DNA of 64,000 nt from Clostridia bacterium (GCA_022790575.1 JAAVXM010000050.1:5515-69514); one strand, 5' to 3'; shown: positions 47,401-57,114, counted from the stretch's first letter. Notes: generated by a model not told the origin, from the sequence alone. Numbers and translations are program-made.

Positions 47401-49274
47401 TCTATGACTTCTCCATTTTTTACTTTCATTATTCCAACTTCTGTTATTTTTTCTGTAATTGGAGAAAATCCTGTTGTCTCTAAATCTAATACACAATATG
47501 TTGTATCTATACTTTGCCCTTTCGAATTTTTTACTGATTTTTCTTTGTCTGGGGCCAAATATGCTTCCACTCCATATATAACCTTCATGTCTGGATTGTC
47601 TCTTCCAAGTAATTTATGCGCCTCTGGGAATGCTTGTACTACTCCATGGTCTGTTATTGCAATTGATTTCATTCCCCATTTCATTGCTCTTTTTATTAAA
47701 TCTGTTGCTGAAGTCATTGCATCCATCTGGCTCATTTTTGTATGCATATGCAATTCTACTCTTTTTACTTCTGCATTATCTTCTCTTACCTGTTTTGGCA
47801 ACCCTTCTGATTCAACTATTGTATTAATCATTATTGTTAACTCATTTGAAAATTGGTCCATTTGAGCCTTTCCTGCTAATTTGACTCCTTTTGCACCATT
47901 TAATCTTTTTATGATTTTTGCTGCATTGTTTTTTGGCAAAAATGCTTTACATGTCATTGTCCCTGTTCCATCATATATATCTATAGATAATATTACTTTG
48001 CCTGATTTTGTTTCTTTGTCTTCCATTGCCTGAATTTCGCCATCTACGCATACATTTCCAGACTCTGGATTTAATTCTGATATTTTTATTAATTCTTCTT
48101 TAATACTTATTGATTGTCCCAATATTAGTGGACTACTATAGTCTTCTTCTGGTAATGGTGACATTCCTTCATCTGATATTTCTATTATTGTATTTGCCAT
48201 TACTGTTATATCTCCTACATATGAATCAAGCCCAGCTTTTCCTATTGTTTTTATTGCCTTTGCTGAATTTATATTTTCTAATATTTGGTTTCCTTCTGAT
48301 ATGTCTTTTGCAAATGATTTACATGTAATTATCCCTGTTCCATCATATAATTCAAAAACTAACATTCCTTTTCCAGTTTTTGTTTCTCTACATTCACAAT
48401 TTACAATCCTTCCTTCTAATGTTATTCTTCCATCTTCTGAGGTTATATCTTTTATCTTCTTTTTCTTTTCTTTTGCCTTTGAGGCTTTACCTAATATTAT
48501 ATTTTCTTGTTGTTCTTCTATATCTGGCATATACCCTAGTTCTTCATCTGATGGCATAACATAGTCTGCATCATTATAAACTCCTTGTGGAATTGGTGGT
48601 GGAATTTCTCCTTCCATATAATTGTCTGGAATATTTTCTCCTGCTTGATGTTGCTCTGAATTATTGTAATAGCTATCTTCTTGATGTGTTCTTATTGCCA
48701 TCCCCCTCATTGCATCTTGCACTGCCTGATTTTCAATTTCTCTTGCCTGTTCCTTAAACCTTTCTACTTCTTTTTGAGTTATCTTTTCTTCTATATTGAT
48801 TGTATATATTTTTCCAAATATATTTTGTATTACTTTCTCTAATTCTTTGTCAAGTTTTCTTGCTTTTAAAAATTCTGCTCCTTTTATTTTCATATACACA
48901 TTTATCTTATTTACTGTTACTTCTATTTCACTTTTTAATAGTAATAGTGGTCTCATTAGTGGATATTTATGTGCCATATAACATATTAAGTTTTCCCATT
49001 CTGTTTCAATCGATTTTTTGTGTACTCCTTCTTCATATTTGATTATTATATGTACTTGTCCAAATTGAAACCTCTCTCTTAAAAACTTTTCAAAATACCA
49101 TACTTCTTTTATTTCTACATATTCTTTTGCATATACTTCTATTTCTAATATGTTTTGTTTTTTTAATAAATTTAGTTTTAATATTTCTACATCAGCTATA
49201 CTACTATTTGTTTTGTAATCACTAAATACTTCACTTATTCTTTTGCTTTTTGGCTTATCTATTTTTTCTTTCAT
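44427..49274 (-). CDS. polC: DNA polymerase III alpha subunit, PolC type, with duplicated OB-fold and acidic insert
   Basis: 1615 aa. PHP N-terminal part VELHMHTKMSQMDAM. The DEDDh exonuclease is inserted (YCVLDLETTGFSP...VAHNAGFDVGFL...HRALDDV). Zn-finger CSNCKYSE...CPKCGN. Polymerase core and HhH regions follow. Extended -10 TGaTATAAT at 49307-49315 upstream. Confidence 0.95.
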   Translation of the reverse strand: MKEKIDKPKSKRISEVFSDYKTNSSIADVEILKLNLLKKQNILEIEVYAKEYVEIKEVWYFEKFLRERFQFGQVHIIIKYEEGVHKKSIETEWENLICYMAHKYPLMRPLLLLKSEIEVTVNKINVYMKIKGAEFLKARKLDKELEKVIQNIFGKIYTINIEEKITQKEVERFKEQAREIENQAVQDAMRGMAIRTHQEDSYYNNSEQHQAGENIPDNYMEGEIPPPIPQGVYNDADYVMPSDEELGYMPDIEEQQENIILGKASKAKEKKKKIKDITSEDGRITLEGRIVNCECRETKTGKGMLVFELYDGTGIITCKSFAKDISEGNQILENINSAKAIKTIGKAGLDSYVGDITVMANTIIEISDEGMSPLPEEDYSSPLILGQSISIKEELIKISELNPESGNVCVDGEIQAMEDKETKSGKVILSIDIYDGTGTMTCKAFLPKNNAAKIIKRLNGAKGVKLAGKAQMDQFSNELTIMINTIVESEGLPKQVREDNAEVKRVELHMHTKMSQMDAMTSATDLIKRAMKWGMKSIAITDHGVVQAFPEAHKLLGRDNPDMKVIYGVEAYLAPDKEKSVKNSKGQSIDTTYCVLDLETTGFSPITEKITEVGIMKVKNGEVIDEFSCFVNPEKPIPQRVVDVTNITDEMVKDAETIDKVFPKILEFLGDSVVVAHNAGFDVGFLKHNAKVLGLEFDYTCIDTLSLAKDLFPNLKKYKLGKIADELGIVVKVAHRALDDVDTTVKVFNVMIEMLKNKDIRTLDEIDTKGRDEKTIKDEYKKLNTYHAIILAKNYVGLKNLYKLVSLSHLDYFYKKPRILKSLYKKYSEGLILGSACEAGELYQAIELGKSDEEIENIAKDYDYLEIQPIGNNEFLVREGKVPDREYLKDINRKIVELGDKLGKIVVATCDVHFMDPQDEIYRRILEAGQGYKDADNQAPLYLRTTEEMLQEFSYLGEEKAYEVVVTNTNKVADMCDRISPISPEKCPPHIPGCEEDIKNIAYDKAHELYGEELPEIVQTRLDRELNSIISNGYSVMYIIAQKLVWKSNEDGYIVGSRGSVGSSLVAYMTGITEVNSLQPHYRCSNCKYSEFEDYGVGNGFDLPDKECPKCGNKLEKDGMDIPFETFLGFNGDKEPDIDLNFSGEYQAKAHKYTEIIFGKGTTFKAGTVGTVADKTAFGYVKKYYEERNIPVNKAEVSRLSVGCTGIKRTTGQHPGGIIVVPKGREIYEFTPVQHPADDATSDIITTHFDYHSIDGNLLKLDILGHDDPTVIRMLQDLTGIAPTEIPLDDKETMSIFNSTDALGVTPEQINSEVGTFGIPEYGTKFARGMLLDTHPTTFDELIRLSGLSHGTDVWVGNAKTLIEEGIVTLQEAICCRDDIMIYLIKKGLPSDKAFKIMESVRKGKVAKGKEDKWSQYIELMKENDVPDWYIKSCEKIKYMFPKAHAAAYVTNAFRIAWFKVHIPLAYYAAYYSIRAKAFDAEVMINGKEKVKNKMKEIDMMGNNATPKDKDMYDDLELVLEMYERGFKFLPIDLYKSDATKFKIEGEYLRPPLNSIAGLGTIAAENIVSARDKEKFMSIDDMKNRARIGDSVTELLKSFGCLEGMSQSNQISLFG

Positions 49275-49355
49275 TTTTGCACCTTCTCGCTTTTTTCGTT
49301 TGACTCATTATATCATATTTTCTTTTATATAACTATATATAGTTTATATTTTTTG

Positions 49356-49385
49356 TTGAATTTTTTTTATTTTCTATGCTATAAT
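49356..49385 (+). promoter_or_regulatory. Plus-strand SigA-type promoter with extended -10
   Basis: TTGAAT (49356-49361), 18-nt spacer, TGcTATAAT (49377-49385). It is divergent from polC. Confidence 0.45.
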
Positions 49386-49450
49386 CTTTTCAATAATTTA
49401 TCTATTTATTTCACTTCTAAGTATAAAATAAATAACTAACTTAAAATGTA

Positions 49451-49699
49451 ATGACACAATTATATTTTGTTAATAAAAATAGCATAAAAGAAGAAAAAGA
49501 AGCCAAGATAAATTGGACAAATGCTTGGAGCAAAAAATATCCAATACTAGCAACATATCAAAAAGAGGTAGATATATCAAAATATAGTACTGAGATTAGA
49601 AAAATGTTAAATAGTTTAGTTTATAATTATGGTTATAGCAAACTAGATAGTATGTTAGTATTAAAAGATATCTTATATCATGAATGGAAAAGTAGCTAA
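49451..49699 (+). CDS. Hypothetical 82-aa protein (no Shine-Dalgarno; coding status uncertain)
   Basis: The ORF lies between a good promoter and a long hairpin. The sequence is not low-complexity (NWTNAWSKKYPILATYQKEVD), but no RBS precedes the ATG. Confidence 0.3.
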   Translation: MTQLYFVNKNSIKEEKEAKINWTNAWSKKYPILATYQKEVDISKYSTEIRKMLNSLVYNYGYSKLDSMLVLKDILYHEWKSS

Positions 49700-49707
49700 A
49701 AATTAAT

Positions 49708-49776
49708 AGAAATTCTAATTATTTTATGGAACAATTCACAAAATGCAATAGAACCATAAAACAAGTTAGAATTTCT
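49708..49776 (+). terminator. Long two-tier hairpin followed by a T-rich tract
   Basis: Outer stem AGAAATTCTAA (49708-49718) / TTAGAATTTCT (49766-49776). Inner stem TTTTATGG / CCATAAAA. It is followed by TTAATTTTTAT. Confidence 0.4.
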
Positions 49777-49841
49777 TTAATTTTTATGAGATTATTAAAA
49801 AACTAACATTTTTACTTATTTTATTTGAAATTTAATATATA

Positions 49842-51504
49842 TTAAGTTATATTCATATATACATACCAATAGGTATTATCAGAATTTGCATTTCCTTTTG
49901 GATAGGTATTACTTGAATTTGAATAAACATACCCTTTTCTTTTTGTACCTTTTTTGGGCGTGTCTGTTCTAATTCTCTCCTTTTTAGTTACAGAAAAAGT
50001 ATATGTTGTAGCAGTCTCACTTTTTAAAATATATTTATAAACATCTTTACTATCATCTGAATCTAATGCATAAAATTTCCCGTCTTGACCCCCAACCTTC
50101 AGTTGCTGAAATCTTAGCTGAAAGAGTTCCACCGCTATAAGCTGGTCCTCCACCATATTCCCATCCTTTTCCTGTATCACTTCTTAAATGTGGTTCATCC
50201 TTACAAATTATATGAGGATTATTACTAATTGTACTAAGAGTCACATCAGGGCACGTCTCCCACCCACTTTCACTATAAGACACATCAAAGTCTACACTCC
50301 ACATTTCCCATGTATACATTTTAGTCCTAGCAGATGTTGAAATTTGTTCCATATTTCCTGCAATGTCAAAAACCTTTATATAACACTCTTCTTCTCCCAT
50401 ACTTCCTCTTGCAAAGTTATAAGTTGCTGTTTGTTCATTTGTTGTCACAGTTTCTTTTAATACACCACCTACATAGAATTCATACCTCTCTATACCAGAT
50501 TCTACATCTGATGCCTTTGCAGTTAATTTGAATTCATTTTCTGACACTGGCGCTGAAGTTAAAGTTGCTGTTGGCATCTTGTTGTCAAAATAAAAGGGTT
50601 CACTTCTTGTTATATAATTTTCCCCACTTTCTGTTTCTATTAATGTCCATAAATAGTAAATTCCTGTTACCTCATTTTTTATAAGCGTCTCTCCATTATT
50701 ACAAGTTATTGTAAAGGAGTTTGCTTCTGGCTCTACTGTTGTATTTAACCATTGGTATTTTATATTCTTGATATTATCTTCTGTTCCTTTTGCTACTATT
50801 TTTACTTGATGTTGCTTTTTGTATATTTCATCTCCATTTGGACTATATTCAATATTTGCTATAATCCCCGCTACTTTTACTTTTTCTGATAATGCTATCC
50901 CTGCATATACTTTAATAGTATAAATCCCATTTTGTTTTGCTATAAAATCTTTTGTTATCTGTTCTTTTGAATTTCCACATTCATAAGTTTCTATCACTTG
51001 TCCATATTGTATTATCTCAATTTTACTTATTCCATTTTTTTCTTCTTTGGCGGTTATATTTATTGTTGCTGTCTTTTTGTCTTCTGCTAATGTTACTGTT
51101 GTCCCAATTTGGGGAAATACTGTGTCTTTTTCTTTTCCTAAATATTGTCCAATTTTTGGTACACTTCTATCTATTTCAAAAACAAATCCATCTACAATTA
51201 CAATATCTCCTTTTATTTCAATATTTGTAATTTCTTCTTTCATCATATTGTCTAAATATTCTTCTTCATTATATTGGAGGTCTGTGTGTTTTTTTATTTT
51301 TGCATTTTCAAATACTAATTCTAGCTTTTCTCTGGCTTGTGATATTGCTGTTGCTTCTTTTGCATTTTGTGCTTGACTTATTATTCCGTTTTCTCCTGTT
51401 AGCATTGCTATACTAACACCTGCCAATATCAATAATACTATAAGTGTGACAACTAATACAATTAATGTCCCAAAATTCTTATTGAATATTACATATTTTC
51501 TATG
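49842..51504 (-). pseudogene. Decayed paralog of the pilin-like surface protein (33314..35023): no usable start codon and a +1 frameshift
   Basis: ORFs 50053..51432 and 49842..50180 overlap in different frames. Reading one G fewer in the G5 run (C5 at 50089-50093) joins ...SATEGWG to QDGKFYALDSDD. Upstream of the track's TTG start, the frame reads stop-HRKYVIFNKNFGTLIVLVVTLIVLLILAGV with no ATG/GTG/TTG. The N-terminal ~110 aa are homologous to the intact paralog (LAGVSIAMLTGENGII.QAQ.AK...FEIDRSVPKI). Confidence 0.6.
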
Positions 51505-51543
51505 TTATAATAATCCTAAAAATAATAAAATAATTAATAAGTT

Positions 51544-52032
51544 GTGGAGGATAAAGTGAACAAATATATGGAGATAGCCAAAAAACTATCTGAAGAAAAT
51601 TTAGAAACAAATAATGGTGGTCCATTTGGAGCATGTGTTGTAAAAGATGGAAAAATAATAGGAAAAGGTTCAAATCATGTATTAAAAAATAATGACCCGA
51701 CTGCACATGCTGAAATAATGGCAATAAGAAATGCATGTGAAAATATTAACTCTTATAACCTAAGTGGATGTGAATTATATACATCTTGTTATCCATGTCC
51801 AATGTGCTTATCTGCAATAATCTGGGCAAATATAAAAATAGTATATTATGGTAATACCAAAGAAGACGCTACAAATATAGGTTTTAGAGATGACTTCATT
51901 TATAATTATATAAAAGATTTAAATTCTAATAAAAATAACAATGATATACTGAAATTAGAATGTATAGATAGAGATGAAACACTAAAAACATTTAATAAAT
52001 TCTTAAATAAACAAGATAAATTTATATATTAA
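51544..52032 (+). CDS. guaD: Guanine deaminase (CDA-fold, GuaD type)
   Basis: GGPFGACVVKDGKIIGKGSNHVLKNNDPTAHAEIMAIRNA...YTSCYPCPMCLSAIIWA closely parallels Bacillus GuaD. The likely start is GTG 51556 (GGAGG at 51546-51550) or ATG 51568. Confidence 0.85.
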   Translation: MEDKVNKYMEIAKKLSEENLETNNGGPFGACVVKDGKIIGKGSNHVLKNNDPTAHAEIMAIRNACENINSYNLSGCELYTSCYPCPMCLSAIIWANIKIVYYGNTKEDATNIGFRDDFIYNYIKDLNSNKNNNDILKLECIDRDETLKTFNKFLNKQDKFIY

Positions 52033-52039
52033 CTTATAG

Positions 52040-52078
52040 AAAGACCTACAAACTTTTCCGAAGTTTGTAGGTCTTTTA
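52040..52078. terminator. Bidirectional intrinsic terminator between convergent guaD and adhE
   Basis: Perfect 16-bp stem AAAGACCTACAAACTT (52040-52055) / AAGTTTGTAGGTCTTT (52061-52076), with a 5-nt loop and flanking A/T runs. Confidence 0.8.
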
Positions 52079-52084
52079 TATTTT

Positions 52085-54685
52085 CTATTTTCCATAATAA
52101 CTATCTAATAGTATTTGTTTTATTTCTGAAACTAATGGCACTCTAGGATTTGCTGTTGTACATTGGTCCTCAAATGCTCTATCTGATAGTAAATCAATTT
52201 TGGCTAGGAATTCATTTTCATCTATTCCTGCATCTTTAAAACATTTTGGAATATTTAAATCTTCATTCAACTTTTTAACTGCATTTATTAAAGATTCAAC
52301 ACCTTCTTCAACAGTATCAGACTTTAACCCTATTATCTTAGCCATTTTAGCATATTTTTCATCAGCAATAAAAAATTCATATTTAGGCCATGAAACAAAT
52401 TTTGATGGTTTTGTTGCATTATATTTTATAACATATGGAAGTATTATTGCATTAATTCTTCCATGTGGTAAATGAAATTCTGCTCCAATTTTATGAGCCA
52501 TAGAATGTGCAACTCCTAAAAATGCATTTGTAAATGACATTCCTGCTATTGTACTAGCATTATGCATTTTTTCTCTTGCTAGTTTATTACCTCCATGTTC
52601 ATATGCTTCTTTTAAATAATTAAATACTAATTCTACAGCCTTTTCTGATAATGCATCTGTGTAATCTGATGCCATTACAGATACATATGCTTCTAATGCA
52701 TGTGTTAATACATCCATCCCTGTATCTGCTGTAACAGTTTTTGGTAAACTCATTACTAAATCTGGGTCAATTATAGCTACATCTGGTGTCAATTCATAGT
52801 CTGCAAGAGGATATTTCTTGTTTTTTACTTTGTCTGTTATTACAGCAAATGATGTTACCTCTGAACCTGTTCCAGATGTTGTTGGAATTGCAACCATTTT
52901 TGATTTTGAGCCCATTTTAGGGAATTTATAAGTACGTTTACGAATGTCCATAAACTTTAATTTCAATCCTTCTGGGTCTGCATCTGGGTTCTCATAAAAT
53001 AACCACATTCCTTTTGCTGCATCTATCGGGCTTCCTCCTCCTAATGCAATTATTACATCAGGATTAAAATTGTTCATTGCCTCTACACCTTTATTTACTG
53101 TATCAAAAGATGGGTCTGATTCAACTTCACTGAATATTTCACAGTGTACTGGTTTTTCTCTTTTTCTTAGGTGATATAATATTTTGTCTACATATCCTAA
53201 TTTTTGCATTCCTTCATCTGTTACTATAAATGCTCTCTCTATATTTGGCATTTTTTCTAAATATGATATTGAACCAGCTTCAAAATATATTTTTTCAGGT
53301 ACTTTAAACCATTGCATGTTAACTCTCCTTTTTGCCACTCTTTTTATATTAATTAAATTTACACTTGATACATTTGCTGTTGTTGAATTCCCTCCAAATG
53401 AACCACAACCAAGTGTTAATGATGGCATATTTGTATTATATATGTCTCCTATTGCACCATGTGTTGATGGAGAATTTACAATTATTCTTCCTGCTTTCAT
53501 TGTTTTTGAAAATTTTAATATTATTTCTTTGTCTTCTGCATGAATTACTGCTGAATGTCCTAGTCCTCCAAATTCTATTAATCTTTCTGATTTATCTATT
53601 CCTTCTTCTTCATCTTTTACAATATAATATGTTAATACTGGGCTTAGTTTTTCTTTAGAAAATGGGTGTTCTTCCCCTATTCCTTCTTCATATACAACTA
53701 GTACTTTTGTATCTTCTGGTACATCAAATCCTGCTTCTTTTGCTATTTGAGCTGGACTTTTCCCTGGTACATGAGATTTTAATTTGTATCCTCCAATTGT
53801 TTCAAACATACTGTTTTTCAACATTTCTTTTTCTTCTGGATTTACAAAATAACATCCAGCTTCTCTCATTAGCTTTTCAAATTCTTGATATATGTCTTTA
53901 TCAACTAATACTGCTTGTTCTGATGCACATATCATTCCATTATCAAATGATTTTGATAATACTAAATCATTTACAGATGTTTTTAATTTTGCTGTTTTGT
54001 TTATATAACATGGTACATTTCCTGGTCCTACTCCCAGTGCTGGCTTCCCACATGAATATGCTGCTTTTACCATTCCTGTACCACCTGTTGCTAATATTAA
54101 GTTTACATCTGGATGGTTCATTAATAATCTTGTTGCAAGTATTGATGGCTCTTCTATCCATAATATGCAATTCTCTGGTGCTCCTGCTTTTATTGCTGCC
54201 TCTCTCATTATTCTTGCTGCTTCTACACTACATTTCTGCGCTGATGGATGGAATCCAAATACTATTACATTTCTTGTTTTTGCTGCTATTATTGATTTGA
54301 ACATTGTTGTTGATGTTGGGTTTGTTACAGGTGTTACCCCTGCTATTATTCCTACTGGCTCTGCTATTTCCACAAAGTCGTCTTCATCATTTTCATTTAT
54401 TATTCCTACTGTTTTTTCATATTTTATACTGTGGTATATATATTCTGTTGCAAACATGTTTTTTGTTATTTTATCCTCATATATTCCTCTTCCTGTTTCT
54501 TCTATTGCCATCTTTGCTAATTCCATATGATGTTCTAATCCTGCCATTGACATCATTCTTGTTATGTTATCTACAGTTTCTTGATTTAATTTTAAGTATT
54601 CTTGTGAAGCAATTTTGGCTTTTTCTATTAATTCATCTATCATTTGTTTTACTCTTGCTTCTTCTTCTGGGCTTTGATTTTCCAT
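52085..54685 (-). CDS. adhE: Bifunctional acetaldehyde-CoA / alcohol dehydrogenase
   Basis: 866 aa. The N-terminal ALDH domain contains the catalytic MICASEQ. The C-terminal Fe-ADH domain has GGGSPIDAAK and the His cluster HSMAHKIGAEFHLPHG. Confidence 0.95.
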   Translation of the reverse strand: MENQSPEEEARVKQMIDELIEKAKIASQEYLKLNQETVDNITRMMSMAGLEHHMELAKMAIEETGRGIYEDKITKNMFATEYIYHSIKYEKTVGIINENDEDDFVEIAEPVGIIAGVTPVTNPTSTTMFKSIIAAKTRNVIVFGFHPSAQKCSVEAARIMREAAIKAGAPENCILWIEEPSILATRLLMNHPDVNLILATGGTGMVKAAYSCGKPALGVGPGNVPCYINKTAKLKTSVNDLVLSKSFDNGMICASEQAVLVDKDIYQEFEKLMREAGCYFVNPEEKEMLKNSMFETIGGYKLKSHVPGKSPAQIAKEAGFDVPEDTKVLVVYEEGIGEEHPFSKEKLSPVLTYYIVKDEEEGIDKSERLIEFGGLGHSAVIHAEDKEIILKFSKTMKAGRIIVNSPSTHGAIGDIYNTNMPSLTLGCGSFGGNSTTANVSSVNLINIKRVAKRRVNMQWFKVPEKIYFEAGSISYLEKMPNIERAFIVTDEGMQKLGYVDKILYHLRKREKPVHCEIFSEVESDPSFDTVNKGVEAMNNFNPDVIIALGGGSPIDAAKGMWLFYENPDADPEGLKLKFMDIRKRTYKFPKMGSKSKMVAIPTTSGTGSEVTSFAVITDKVKNKKYPLADYELTPDVAIIDPDLVMSLPKTVTADTGMDVLTHALEAYVSVMASDYTDALSEKAVELVFNYLKEAYEHGGNKLAREKMHNASTIAGMSFTNAFLGVAHSMAHKIGAEFHLPHGRINAIILPYVIKYNATKPSKFVSWPKYEFFIADEKYAKMAKIIGLKSDTVEEGVESLINAVKKLNEDLNIPKCFKDAGIDENEFLAKIDLLSDRAFEDQCTTANPRVPLVSEIKQILLDSYYGK

Positions 54686-54808
54686 TTTTCTCTTTTTCCT
54701 TTCTTGGCTTCTATTTTTTTAATTTTAGCCACATCTTTAGTTTATCCATTATATTATATATTATGTCTTTTCTTTGTCAAGTATTTTAAAAATTTTTTTT
54801 ATATAACA

Positions 54809-56746
54809 TTAAATAATTATCTTAAAATCAATTTCCCTTAGTAATTTATTTGCAGAAATAACTTGTATATTTACACTATCACCTATTTTATAAACCTTAT
54901 GTGAAACTTCACCTACAGCTTGTTTTTTCTCTTCATCAAAAATATAATACTCATTTTTCAAAGTTTCATATCTAACCAAGCCTTCTACTGTATTATCTAA
55001 CTCTACAAACATTCCAAAATTAGTAATAGACGAGATAATGCCCTTATACTCTTCTCCAATTTTACTCTCCATAAATTCCGCTTTTTTAATATCTTCTGCC
55101 TCTCTTTCAACCTTTATAGCAGTTCTTTCTCTTTCAGAGCAATTTTCAGCTCTCTTAGTTGCTCTTTTGAAATACTTTGTAACAAAAAACTCATTTACAT
55201 TATAATCTTGTTCTATATATTTAGATATTATTCTATGAATAAATAAATCTGGATATCTTCTTATTGGTGACGTAAAGTGGCAATAATATTTACTTGCAAT
55301 TCCAAAATGTCCTTTATTTTCGGATTCATACTTGGCCACTCTAAGAGTTCTTAATATTATATTTGAAACAACTTTTTCTTCATCTTTTCCTTTTGCATCA
55401 TCTAAAATTTTTGCAAACTCATTTGGATATATAATATCCTCTTTTGATATTTTAATTTTATATCCAAAATTAAATAATGTTTTATTCAATTCTTTCACTT
55501 TGTCTAAATCTGGTGCTTCATGATTTCTATATATAAATGGTGCCTGTAACCAATAAAATTTTTCTGCAACAGTTTCATTTGCAATTAACATGAATTGTTC
55601 TATAATTTCATTTGCAAAATATGTTTCATATTTTTTTACATCTATTGCAAAGCCATCTTGGTCAAGTATAATTTTACTCTCTGGAATATCTAAATTAAGA
55701 TATCCATTTTCTTTTCTTTTTTCTTTTAATATTGTAGCCAATTCTGCCATAAGTTCAAAATCTTTTATATATCTTTCATATTTTTTTGACACTTCTATAT
55801 CTGAATTATCAAGTATTTTTTGTACATCTGTATATGTCATTCTTTCTGTTACTCTTATTACAGCTTTATATATATCAGATGATACTATTTTTGCTTTTGG
55901 TGTTATTTCCATTGAGCATGATAATGTATATCTATCTTCTCCTGCATTTAAACTACATATTCCATTTGATAGTTCTCTTGGAAGCATTGGAATAACTCTT
56001 CCCAGCATATATATACTTGTACCTCTTAAATAAGCCTCCTTATCTAGCTCTGTTTTTTCTTTTACATAGTGACTTACATCTGCAATATGAACATCTAATT
56101 TGTAATTTCCATTTTTCAGTTTTTCTACATGTATTGCATCATCTAAGTCTTTAGCGTCTTCCCCATCTATTGTAAATATTATATCTTCACGTAAATCTTT
56201 TCTATTAGATATTTCTGATTTATTAATTTTTGTTCCATATGCTTTTGCTTCTTCAACTACTTCTTCTGGGAATTTATATGGTAATTCATATTGTTTTATT
56301 AATGCTAACATGTCTACTCCAGCTTCATTTACTCCACCTAATACTTCTATTATCTTTCCTTCTGCATTTTTTCCTTTTTCTGGATATTTTAAAATTTTCA
56401 CTAATACTTTATGCTTGTCTCTTGCTTTTCCCCAATTTGACTTTGATACAAATATGTCTGTCCCAAATTTTTTGTCATCTGGAACAACAAATCCAAAATT
56501 CCTACTTTTTTGAAATGTTCCCACTATTGTATCTTTTTCATGTCTAATTATTTTTATTACTTTTCCTTCTTCTTTTTTGTCTTCTTTTTTTGGACCTACT
56601 ATTTCTATTTCTACTGTATCTCCATTTAGTGCATTAAATGAATTCTCTTTTGAAATAAATACTTCCTCTTCCTGCTCTTCTACTTTTACAAATCCAAATC
56701 CTTTCTGATTTTTATTATATACTCCTATCTTTGTTTCTCTTTTCAT
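54809..56746 (-). CDS. rnr: Ribonuclease R (RNB family 3'-5' exoribonuclease)
   Basis: Cold-shock-like N-terminus GFGFVKVEE. RNB motifs FTIDGEDAKDLDDAIHV and HFGIASKYYCHFTSPIRRYPDL. C-terminal S1 domain ITNFGMFVELDNTVEGLV. Confidence 0.9.
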   Translation of the reverse strand: MKRETKIGVYNKNQKGFGFVKVEEQEEEVFISKENSFNALNGDTVEIEIVGPKKEDKKEEGKVIKIIRHEKDTIVGTFQKSRNFGFVVPDDKKFGTDIFVSKSNWGKARDKHKVLVKILKYPEKGKNAEGKIIEVLGGVNEAGVDMLALIKQYELPYKFPEEVVEEAKAYGTKINKSEISNRKDLREDIIFTIDGEDAKDLDDAIHVEKLKNGNYKLDVHIADVSHYVKEKTELDKEAYLRGTSIYMLGRVIPMLPRELSNGICSLNAGEDRYTLSCSMEITPKAKIVSSDIYKAVIRVTERMTYTDVQKILDNSDIEVSKKYERYIKDFELMAELATILKEKRKENGYLNLDIPESKIILDQDGFAIDVKKYETYFANEIIEQFMLIANETVAEKFYWLQAPFIYRNHEAPDLDKVKELNKTLFNFGYKIKISKEDIIYPNEFAKILDDAKGKDEEKVVSNIILRTLRVAKYESENKGHFGIASKYYCHFTSPIRRYPDLFIHRIISKYIEQDYNVNEFFVTKYFKRATKRAENCSERERTAIKVEREAEDIKKAEFMESKIGEEYKGIISSITNFGMFVELDNTVEGLVRYETLKNEYYIFDEEKKQAVGEVSHKVYKIGDSVNIQVISANKLLREIDFKIII

Positions 56747-56865
56747 TTATCTTCCTTTCTTGCACATTTGGAGTTAGTCTTTTTAATTTGTTAATTGAAG
56801 ACTTTACCTATTGCACCTTTAATTACTATAAAAGAGCAGTTATACAACTACCCTTTTACTTTTTC

Positions 56866-57114
56866 TTATGCTATGTATATTATTGATAATACTATTGTAA
56901 CAATTACAAATAATATTCCTAAAATGATTGTCCATCTTTTTTGCATTCCTTCTTTTGTTCTACCTTTATTTTTTTCAAAAAAGTTGTTTGTAGATGACCC
57001 TGTTATTGTTGATGATAACCCTGCATCACTTTTAGCTTGAATCATTGCTAAAATAGATATAGCTATACATATTATAAATTCTGCTATTATTAATATTATT
57101 TTCAATATTTGCAT
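56866..57114 (-). CDS. secG: Preprotein translocase subunit SecG
   Basis: 82 aa, two TM. Central motif MIQAKSDAGLSSTITGSS is typical of SecG. Confidence 0.85.
   Translation of the reverse strand: MQILKIILIIAEFIICIAISILAMIQAKSDAGLSSTITGSSTNNFFEKNKGRTKEGMQKRWTIILGILFVIVTIVLSIIYIA

Noticed and set aside
54686-54808. Rex (redox repressor) operator upstream of adhE.
   Set aside because: A reasonable promoter (TTGACA-16-TATAAT) is present. However, I could not find a TTGTGAA-N6-TTCACAA or TTGTTAA-N4-TTAACAA type palindrome.
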